Origin: a virus
IMG/VR virus record: IMGVR_UViG_3300033153_001906
Span: 32,001-96,000 of that record
DNA length: 64,000 nucleotides
Direction: 5' to 3' (one strand)
In this document: piece after piece, positions 56,698 to 64,000 of the stretch
Layout: every line of letters starts with the position of its first letter
Numbering within the stretch: the first letter of the stretch is position 1
Made by a program: the position numbers and the translations under genes
The notes under the pieces: model-generated
Database searches by the model: none
Told to the model about the DNA's origin: nothing
What the model saw: the letters and a program-made list of their open reading frames with translations, nothing else

Positions 56698-57209
56698 TTA
56701 TAGTCCTAGCTTCTGTAGCTGTGAAATTGTGTCTGCTGCGCTGGTATGTAAGATGCCGATGCCTCCCGCCTCGCGCCAAGGCTGGATAGATTTTTCTCGA
56801 TCATCAATTAGAATGTGATTTGGTTCTGCGTATGCTGCTTTCATTATACTCTTTTTGACAGTGTGTATGTTATCAAAGCCGCTAAGATTATCATGTACCC
56901 ATCGAATCTTTTCTGCGGCCGCTGGCGCTTCTGGTACGCCTGTTGCTGTGAGGATAGAAGGCTTATATTTAACAATGTAATTCCAAAGTTCGTGCGCATC
57001 AGGATGCGGATCCAGATCATCAAAAACAGTATGGCCTTCTGCTCGTTCACTGTCTACGAAATTTTGAAAACCATCATCGTTGTCATTCTGACGCAATTGC
57101 GGAAACGTTTTGCCCGTTAGTTCAAGAACGTGTTTATCTAAATCAGCCACGACACCATCGAGGTCAACGAAAAGTTTATAGTCTTTCTTTACTTCAAATA
57201 ATTTCATTA
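56698..57209 (-). CDS. Tagged HAD 5'(3')-deoxyribonucleotidase-like protein (CDS 56698..57207)
   Basis: MKLFEV leader; FVDLDGVVAD, ILTA, LIDDR..W..AGGIGILH. Confidence 0.85.
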
Positions 57210-58013
57210 GATTGCCTCATGCCCTGTCATTTCAACTTTTTCACCATCCACACTGAATACTGCGAGACAGAGTTGACCACCCTTACCACAGCCCATGTCA
57301 GTGAAGACTGCTTTGCCACCCAACGCACCTGCGTGTGTATGAGGGCCAGTTTTCTTTAATTTCTTTCCCATTGGTTTGCGATCATGTCCCACAACAACAT
57401 TCTGATCTGCTGGAATGTCATCAACCCAATCGTATTCTCTAACAGGGAAATCTTTGTCGGTGTCGCGTATGGCATCAGGTATTAGTTTCCTCCAACCCAG
57501 CGGCTCCATTTTGCCACTTGATTGACCATACAATGCGCGATGCTTCGCGCTCTTATGTAGGTTATCTCTATCATCCCATACTGTTCTGTGTGCAGCACCA
57601 TGCACGAACGTCCAATTATGTAGACGATGCGTTAGTGCAGCATTCTTGTGAAGAACAATATCAGTCATTGTCTGCAGGAAGAAATCTCGCTTGTTTTCTG
57701 GTATATCTTCAAGCGTTTTCTTTTGTGCACCTTTCAGATGTACTTTATTTCCTTTAGCGTAACGATGGAATTTGTCATCGTGGTTTCCGATAACAAATAC
57801 AGCACGATCCTCGTCAAGTAGCTGCTTTACGGTAACTACGGTTTCAAGGGGCTTATCATGGCCGTCCACTAGGTCGCCCAAGAATACGATAAACAAATCG
57901 TTCTTTATAGCGTAGCGAATACCCATTTTCAGCTTATCTGCGTGAGCGTGAATATCACTAAATGTTACCAAGCCTTTGTAGTTACCAGAGGCTATCTTGC
58001 TTGCTAAATCCAT
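57207..58013 (-). CDS. Metallophosphoesterase (PrpE/PNKP phosphatase-like)
   Basis: DIH, GDLVD, GNHD, FVHG, VVGH, DMGC. Confidence 0.85.
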   Translation of the reverse strand: MDLASKIASGNYKGLVTFSDIHAHADKLKMGIRYAIKNDLFIVFLGDLVDGHDKPLETVVTVKQLLDEDRAVFVIGNHDDKFHRYAKGNKVHLKGAQKKTLEDIPENKRDFFLQTMTDIVLHKNAALTHRLHNWTFVHGAAHRTVWDDRDNLHKSAKHRALYGQSSGKMEPLGWRKLIPDAIRDTDKDFPVREYDWVDDIPADQNVVVGHDRKPMGKKLKKTGPHTHAGALGGKAVFTDMGCGKGGQLCLAVFSVDGEKVEMTGHEAI

Positions 58014-58026
58014 GTTGGTTCCTGTT

Positions 58027-58374
58027 TTATGTATTTATCGAATTTACGACAAGAATGACGTTGTTGATTACGATAAATGCTAACAAAACATTTAATACCC
58101 ATAAAGAAATATGGGCGGCGAATTGTGCGCGTTCTCTGCCAACGCGCTTGACAGCATTGATGGTCAAACCTAAGAACGCCACTACTACGAATTTAATCAT
58201 ATAGATGCCTGAGACACCATATACTTCAATCCAGTGGCGAACTATGGGATTAGCTTCAACATTTGGTCCGTACTGATTCACCAGTACTGCTGTTGTGGCA
58301 GCATCTAGCACATTCAGCGTCATAAGTATTGCGAACGCAGTCCAAATGTTAAACTTCGAAGGTAAGCTGTTCAT
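58027..58374 (-). CDS. Membrane protein (DUF5658-like)
   Basis: LNVLDAATT..EANP..K. Confidence 0.7.
   Translation of the reverse strand: MNSLPSKFNIWTAFAILMTLNVLDAATTAVLVNQYGPNVEANPIVRHWIEVYGVSGIYMIKFVVVAFLGLTINAVKRVGRERAQFAAHISLWVLNVLLAFIVINNVILVVNSINT
58032..58039 (-). promoter_or_regulatory. Late promoter
   Basis: GATAAATA upstream of 58013. Confidence 0.55.
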
Positions 58375-59143
58375 CGAAACCCTCGTTTAGATCATCGGGG
58401 GTGTATCCACGGGGATTGCACAAAATTCTTGTGTCGTGAACTTCAACATCAACATTCGTGTGCGTGTGGCCGTGAACCCAAACAGCAATGTCATTGGCTT
58501 CAATCACTTCATCCAAGTTTGTCATGTATGCAGGATTAAGCGGATCAGTGCGAAAGTCCTGCGCAACACACAATGGATGCGGCAGGTGATGCGTAACAAC
58601 TATCGTAGGCCCATCAAATGGGACTCGAATTGTTTCTGTAATAAGAAACAATGTTTGCTTATGCGCCCGAACAGTATCATTTGGATGAAGGGGGCGTTTA
58701 CGATAACCGCTTACTTTGTCGCCACTCTTGAATTTGGCACAGTTGTAATCGTTCATGCACTGTATTGCAAGATTTTTAGCAAAGTAATCGTCGCCGTTAA
58801 AATCTGTCCACAGAGTACCACCAACGAGCCTGACTTGCTCATCAATAATTGCTACATGATCGTCAAGCAAAATGAAATTGCTTGGCATTTCAGGCCGATC
58901 ACTCCATCGTGCGCGAGTCTTGTTGTATTCGTTGTAGTAAAATTCGTGGTTACCGAGACAGTATACGACTTTGTAGAATTGCTTGCACATTTTCTGTATG
59001 AACCCCACAGCATCAATGCCGAGCGCAACGTCGCCAGCAAGGATCAAAACTGTAGTTTTGTCATCCTTCAGCGGAATCGGGGTAAAATCTAGTGTACGAT
59101 CTTCAAATTCTAGATGAAGGTCACTCATCAAGCGAAAGCGCAT
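58349..59143 (-). CDS. Calcineurin-like metallophosphoesterase
   Basis: SDLHLEF, LAGD, GNHEFY, TLWTD, THHLP, HGHTH, NPRGY. Confidence 0.9.
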   Translation of the reverse strand: MRFRLMSDLHLEFEDRTLDFTPIPLKDDKTTVLILAGDVALGIDAVGFIQKMCKQFYKVVYCLGNHEFYYNEYNKTRARWSDRPEMPSNFILLDDHVAIIDEQVRLVGGTLWTDFNGDDYFAKNLAIQCMNDYNCAKFKSGDKVSGYRKRPLHPNDTVRAHKQTLFLITETIRVPFDGPTIVVTHHLPHPLCVAQDFRTDPLNPAYMTNLDEVIEANDIAVWVHGHTHTNVDVEVHDTRILCNPRGYTPDDLNEGFDEQLTFEV

Positions 59144-59168
59144 GTAAAATCTCCAATAAGTAACAACC

Positions 59169-59197
59169 ATTATAGAACATTCAGTGCTTGAAGTCAA
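59169..59197 (-). promoter_or_regulatory. Sigma70-type promoter
   Basis: TTGACT-N17-TATAAT. Confidence 0.8.
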
Positions 59198-59230
59198 GCA
59201 CTAAATTATGTAATAATTCAAGGGGTTACG

Positions 59231-59437
59231 TTACTTATCGCGGCGGTCGTTACCAGATCGAGAGATAAACTCGTTTAGTTTACGTGCCTCGTCAATTATT
59301 TCTTCTGAGGTCGGGGACGTTTCTGCTGCTGTCCCGCCGTTGGCGATTGCTTTGGCATGGTGTTGCGAAAGCAACATATCATATGCCAGCTTTAGCAAGT
59401 CCGCACGTAATTCGAATGGTGATTTTCCTTGAGCCAT
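59231..59437 (-). CDS. Small conserved phage protein
   Basis: KSPFELRADLLKLA..PTSEEII..LNEF; AAGGAG SD; GATAAATA at 59486..59493. Confidence 0.75.
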   Translation of the reverse strand: MAQGKSPFELRADLLKLAYDMLLSQHHAKAIANGGTAAETSPTSEEIIDEARKLNEFISRSGNDRRDK

Positions 59438-59502
59438 TGTATACTCCTTATCCCGTTAGTGTGGTGTCGTGTAACGCTCACAGAGTATTTATCGTTTTAG
59501 CT

Positions 59503-59841
59503 CTATTTTGCACCTGCTGGTAATACTAATCCACCCTTCTTTGCTATTGCAACTGGTGATGCATATTGCTCGTATGAATCTGCTGCATCGGCGCGCGGCG
59601 TCATAATTGCTACAATTGCATTACGTTGATATATAATATCTTTCTCTGGATCAGACAGCAGGCTTGCTGGCATTAGACCAACGTTACCCGTCTGTGGATC
59701 AAAGGTAAGTGTGCATGGCTTTTTAACAGTCACACTTTGGCTATCGAAAGATGTAACCTTTCCAATAACTTCGTCACCTGTGATTATGCGGAATGCAATA
59801 ATCTTGTCTTTTTCAAAGACGGCCTCTTTATTTTCTAACAT
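59503..59841 (-). CDS. Sm-like fold phage protein
   Basis: FRIITGDEVIGKV..VKKP..L.P. Confidence 0.55.
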   Translation of the reverse strand: MLENKEAVFEKDKIIAFRIITGDEVIGKVTSFDSQSVTVKKPCTLTFDPQTGNVGLMPASLLSDPEKDIIYQRNAIVAIMTPRADAADSYEQYASPVAIAKKGGLVLPAGAK

Positions 59842-59842
59842 T

Positions 59843-61879
59843 TTAATCTCCTGTGTGTGTTTGTGCGTCTAGTCCAACTGCTAATCCTGTCTCAGCAGTT
59901 AAGTCTACTATCTCACATGAACCTGCAGAACACGCCATTGTTTGCGCCCCTGCTGTGTTATCTTCATTTTCGTATTCAGTAAGTAATGTCCAATCTACAT
60001 TCTTTGGCATTTGCTTAACTAGTGCGTCGTATGTCTTTTTATCAATCTCTTGATACGGTGGTTGTCGATATGAATGATTCGTGTGCGGCAAAAATGATAC
60101 GCCACTCATAACGTCAAAATTCTTATAAACCCATGCGCCAACTTCTAGCCATTCATTATCATGTACATATACTGTGATGGATGGTTTGTGTTCGCACCAA
60201 TGAGTTGCGTAAATCTTCCATAATTCTAATTGTTCAATTGCATTCATTTCATTTCGTCCAACACTATTTTTTGGAGCGTGAATGGGAAAACTGAATACAC
60301 TATTATGATCTGGTTTTGTTACATCATCTTCAACTGGAAATGAGTATGCTTCCATGAACATGCCCAGCGGATCTTTCTTGTCTGCGCGTACTGTGCGAAT
60401 ATAGTATTCGCTATAGCGAGGATGAATACCACTGGCTGAATCAACTAATTGTGAAACTGTTCCAGATGGTTTAACGCATGTAATTGCTGCTGCTTGTTCG
60501 ACGCCGATCTTCTTTGCCCAATCTTTGTTTTCTTTTACGCAAACGGCTTTAAGGTCTTCAAGAAAATCAGCCAATGTTATATCGCGTTTGCCCTTTTTAC
60601 CACTCAAGAATTCATTGTCCATGATGCCAGTCAAACTCACACCAAGTAATGCTTCTTCTCTTGTGTTCTTTTCCCATGCGCCTGAAAGATAACGAAAGTT
60701 TGTCAACGACGATTGAAGTGTTCCCAAGATTGTAGCCAATTTCGCTTTACGAGCTAGTGAATCAAAATCATCATCTGCACGTACTACAACTTCTGACAGA
60801 TTACAAAATTGTTTGTTGCGTAGAAGAATCTCCGAACATGGGTTTGTGCCTTGAACGAGCGAACCATCACGACGGCCATTCTTTGCTGCGTGTGCTTGTG
60901 CTGCTGCAACATTATAAATGCCACGTTCACCAGATTTTGACTCAATTAGTGCAAGCCATTCACGCATGAAAATTTCTACTTCTGGTTTTTCTGTATATGC
61001 TACGCTATTGTTTGCAAGTGCGCGCTGAACATTGTTCTCCCACCAGTTACCAGATTTAGCATGACGCATACGCTCATCTGAAAGATTTGACAAAGAGATC
61101 AACGCAGAACGCCTTACCCCGCCTACTACAACTATATCTCCCACTTTACACATTAGATCGTGACACTCAATAGAGTTCAATTTACGACCTGCTGCATTTG
61201 TAAAAACGTTTACTGCAAAACGAAATAATTCATCAAGGGGCGCTGGTCCGCTACTGCGACCACCAAATGTTTTTAGTCGTGCCCCCGCTGGACGCAAACG
61301 ACTCAAATCCCACTTTGGAATGCGACCAGTGTAGAGCATAGCGATTAATTCACGAAAACTACTAGCCCAACCAAGCTTTGAATCTGGTACAACAATTGTT
61401 GTGTCGCTCTCAAAGAAATCTTCTGCAACGAGAGGCAATTTTGTAACTTCTTGACGCTCTACACTAAAGCCAACACCAGTGCCACACATAAGAATATACA
61501 TAGTTTCATCAAACGCACGGGGTGAATCTACAGCTAGAAAAGAACAGTTATAGCCCGCAACGTTATCACGCTCCAACGCCTTACCAGCACTCATCATGCA
61601 ACGCATAGATGGCATTACTTCTAGATTTTCAATAGCGAATTCAAGTTCAGGTCGAACTTTCTTATATGCTTTCAATCCCTTTGGGAAATTTTCTTCTACA
61701 TGGTTTTCGAAAAAATCGAGATAACGAGTAATCGTGTCATTCCATGTTTCGCGCCTTCCTAGTTCTTCTCTGTATCGTGCGTATCTGCTTAGGTGAATGA
61801 ATTGTTGATATTCTGTTGGTAGTGTGACTTTGTGTGTTTCATTCCCATTGCTGTTGCGATTGGTCGCGCCATTTTCCAT
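59843..61879 (-). CDS. nrdJ: Class II (adenosylcobalamin) ribonucleotide reductase, monomeric type
   Basis: YNCSF, GTGVGF, GGVRRSALI, TNPCSEI, TCVKPSGTVSQL, C-terminal CSAGSC. Confidence 0.93.
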   Translation of the reverse strand: MENGATNRNSNGNETHKVTLPTEYQQFIHLSRYARYREELGRRETWNDTITRYLDFFENHVEENFPKGLKAYKKVRPELEFAIENLEVMPSMRCMMSAGKALERDNVAGYNCSFLAVDSPRAFDETMYILMCGTGVGFSVERQEVTKLPLVAEDFFESDTTIVVPDSKLGWASSFRELIAMLYTGRIPKWDLSRLRPAGARLKTFGGRSSGPAPLDELFRFAVNVFTNAAGRKLNSIECHDLMCKVGDIVVVGGVRRSALISLSNLSDERMRHAKSGNWWENNVQRALANNSVAYTEKPEVEIFMREWLALIESKSGERGIYNVAAAQAHAAKNGRRDGSLVQGTNPCSEILLRNKQFCNLSEVVVRADDDFDSLARKAKLATILGTLQSSLTNFRYLSGAWEKNTREEALLGVSLTGIMDNEFLSGKKGKRDITLADFLEDLKAVCVKENKDWAKKIGVEQAAAITCVKPSGTVSQLVDSASGIHPRYSEYYIRTVRADKKDPLGMFMEAYSFPVEDDVTKPDHNSVFSFPIHAPKNSVGRNEMNAIEQLELWKIYATHWCEHKPSITVYVHDNEWLEVGAWVYKNFDVMSGVSFLPHTNHSYRQPPYQEIDKKTYDALVKQMPKNVDWTLLTEYENEDNTAGAQTMACSAGSCEIVDLTAETGLAVGLDAQTHTGD

Positions 61880-61905
61880 CTGTGTAGCCCCTGTGTTTAT
61901 TATTA

Positions 61906-62343
61906 TTATTGAATAACATCAACGCTCTCGCTAGAGAAATTATCAATGATATTTATATTTTTGTAATCTGCAATGTTATTTACCTTGCCTAGCTCGTAGT
62001 TAAAAATATGCTTTTTATCCACGATGGGCAACAGAAAGCGATCATCTTCTGTTTCGACCAACATTATTTCAACTCTATCTTTTCCTAATATCACGCCAAG
62101 TGTGTGATAGATTAGCAAGCTGATAGAGTTTGTACAAAACAATTTATGATAGAGTAATTCCCAAGGATTCGGCCAAGACTCTGGCGTATAGTAATCTATA
62201 CACCTTGCACCTATGGGAACCGTTGCAAAGAATTCTGCAACGTTATTTAGCAGTTCTGTTTCAGGGAGGCCATCTAAGCTTTCTCTGAAATTCCGCCATT
62301 TTTCTATGCGTTCTTCTGGTGTTGAATTATTCCATTCTGACAT
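61906..62343 (-). CDS. Conserved phage hypothetical protein
   Basis: WPNPWEL..FC; ATG 6 nt after TATAAT. Confidence 0.75.
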   Translation of the reverse strand: MSEWNNSTPEERIEKWRNFRESLDGLPETELLNNVAEFFATVPIGARCIDYYTPESWPNPWELLYHKLFCTNSISLLIYHTLGVILGKDRVEIMLVETEDDRFLLPIVDKKHIFNYELGKVNNIADYKNINIIDNFSSESVDVIQ

Positions 62344-62349
62344 CTATGT

Positions 62350-62378
62350 ATTATACTAGATTCCTAGCAAATAGTCAA
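62350..62378 (-). promoter_or_regulatory. Sigma70-type promoter (leaderless)
   Basis: TTGACT-N17-TATAAT. Confidence 0.8.
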
Positions 62379-62380
62379 GT

Positions 62381-64000
62381 TTATTGTAAGTTAATTACGT
62401 GAGTTGTATGCCATGTGAGAGTAACAGTCTTGGCATCATCCGCCGAGTTAAATTCTAATCTTCCTGATCTAGGATTTAGTGTCACTTCGCCAGCCGCAGG
62501 AGTTACGTTTGGATTAGTATTTATTGTCGCATCAACGCCCGCAATTTGCACTTGGAGGTCTTTACCAGCAATATACCACGGCACACACATAAAGTTTGGA
62601 TTATGCGCGCCTGTTGTTGTTCCATTTCCTATGCTGCGTAAACGTTTAGTACTAATATAATCAGTTTCCATATCATAGAGTGTGGCGCCTGCAGCCCCAT
62701 CGTAGTAATCCATACAGCCAGTGTATTCTCCAGAATGTATGCCAGTCGAACGATAATACTCGACGCCGTTGAGTGAGTAACGAAGATTGCCTGCTGAAGT
62801 GCCTACCCGATGAATACTAAACTCGTCGCCGCCAATGTCTGCTGACGCTTCGTTGGCAGTCCCTAGTATCAATGCAAATAATGTACCTGATCCAGTTGAG
62901 GCTGTTTGAACTAGCGCCGAATTGATTTGCGCAGCCGCGTCAACGGCATTGGTTGTCGTTATGGATTCAGCCACTCCTATTTCTGTTGTCGTTACACTTG
63001 TGATTGTATATGCACCATTGTTTGCAGATTCAGTTGCACTATAAATTACAATCTTCATACCAACTAAGAATCCATCAGCTACAAAATCTGTGCCGCCTGT
63101 ACGTGTAATAGTATCCGTGCCACTATCAAGATCGAGAGTTGTATAATCATTTACTCCGATTCCTGCTTCGCCTACGCCGCGTGTCGCAGTACCTTTTGTC
63201 GTAATATCAAATAATAGAACATCACCGTTACCGTCTATTTCTGCACCAGCCGCGTCTGGGATTGTAACTGTTGTGCCATCATCTAGTGTTATAACATCGA
63301 GTGCTGCATGTGCTGTGCCGCCCGCACCGTCGCCACCAATCCAGGTCCCGTTAGTGCTAACGCCGTCAAAGTCAGTTTCATCTTGTGCTGCAATAGTTAC
63401 AATACGATCTGCGTTATATGCGAGCAAAAGCGTACCATTATGCGTATCACGAACGTCTATTGTATACTGATCCAGCGTAGGGTTATTAACTAAGTCGTAT
63501 GCAAGCCTAATATTATTAGCCATGCTTATGCCGTCTCTTGGAACAGATGCAACAGCAGTAGTCCACAGTAGTAATCCGATTGACGCTCGGACTGTTGAGT
63601 GTGAGCCTGAACACTTAAATCTAAATGCAAAATCGCCCGTACCGAAATTCTGTTCTCCGTATGGCAGATTAGTCATTGATCCCTCTATAGTAGTAATCAT
63701 GCCTGGCTCTACCCAAAAAGTAAGGGCATTGTTTGAAAAGAAGGTCATTGCATTATTAAATGCAAACGGTTCAGCGGTTATTTGGCCCGCTACAGCACTA
63801 GGCGCTGTAGTAACTGTAGAACCAGTTACGCCCATGTGTGTAGCATCACTAATCGTTGTGCCTGCTTCGTTGCCGCCTTCATACCAAATTGTGTCCCACG
63901 AAGCTGATGTTGCGTTATCGCTAAGTATTCCGTCATATACTTGGGAATCATAGTATTCGCCTACTACTAACTCATTCCCCACACCCCCAACAGTATCAAA
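62381..64000 (-). CDS. Partial virion structural protein (Thr/Gly/Ala-rich beta modules)
   Basis: Frame open to window end; DFVADGFLVGMKIVI..NNGAYTITSV module typical of tail/structural proteins. Confidence 0.65.
   Translation of the reverse strand, partial: FDTVGGVGNELVVGEYYDSQVYDGILSDNATSASWDTIWYEGGNEAGTTISDATHMGVTGSTVTTAPSAVAGQITAEPFAFNNAMTFFSNNALTFWVEPGMITTIEGSMTNLPYGEQNFGTGDFAFRFKCSGSHSTVRASIGLLLWTTAVASVPRDGISMANNIRLAYDLVNNPTLDQYTIDVRDTHNGTLLLAYNADRIVTIAAQDETDFDGVSTNGTWIGGDGAGGTAHAALDVITLDDGTTVTIPDAAGAEIDGNGDVLLFDITTKGTATRGVGEAGIGVNDYTTLDLDSGTDTITRTGGTDFVADGFLVGMKIVIYSATESANNGAYTITSVTTTEIGVAESITTTNAVDAAAQINSALVQTASTGSGTLFALILGTANEASADIGGDEFSIHRVGTSAGNLRYSLNGVEYYRSTGIHSGEYTGCMDYYDGAAGATLYDMETDYISTKRLRSIGNGTTTGAHNPNFMCVPWYIAGKDLQVQIAGVDATINTNPNVTPAAGEVTLNPRSGRLEFNSADDAKTVTLTWHTTHVINLQ

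Noticed and set aside
1-64000. Numerous plus-strand ORFs of 60-220 aa in the ORF track
   Set aside because: Antisense shadows of clear minus-strand genes; only phoH, 35886..36212 and 37044..37613 have promoter or motif support
1-64000. tRNA/tmRNA genes, stop-codon reassignment, introns or inteins in nrdJ, thyA or clpX
   Set aside because: No T-loop or cloverleaf seen; TAA, TAG and TGA all end genes; the enzymes have normal lengths

Overview
64 kb of a large lytic tailed-phage (jumbo-myovirus-like) genome, densely coded and almost entirely on the minus strand; standard genetic code; no tRNA, CRISPR array, integrase or reverse transcriptase seen. Recognisable genes cover nucleotide metabolism (class II RNR, ThyA, GuaC, FolE, QueD, MazG-like, UDG, HAD nucleotidases), replication (clamp loader, DnaE fragment, ExoX-like), a full proteostasis set (ClpX, ClpP, ClpS, FtsH, Hsp20, GroES), and host-like RpoZ, bS21 and PhoH. 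RpoZ, FolE and GuaC look proteobacterial. Two promoter classes are readable: sigma70-type TTGACN-N16/18-TATAAT and T4-late-like (G/C)(A/C)TAAATA. Top signals: (1) an unannotated short motif K-x-x-F-x-x-[KR]-[LI]-[KDE]-x(0,1)-G shared by more than 20 otherwise unrelated small proteins; (2) about a dozen late proteins sharing an M-[RK]-[LIA]-x-E-[ILV]-type N-terminal tag and internal [LIVM]-x-E junctions, carrying ADP-ribosyltransferase, GNAT, kinase and hydrolase domains, probably a capsid-packaged, protease-processed effector arsenal, often on leaderless mRNAs. Also seen: a late-promoter rod-shaped ncRNA candidate, a ROSE-like thermometer on hsp20, fixed-position IHF-consensus site pairs, and two frameshift-like breaks. 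All product calls come from motif recognition by eye, not database searches.
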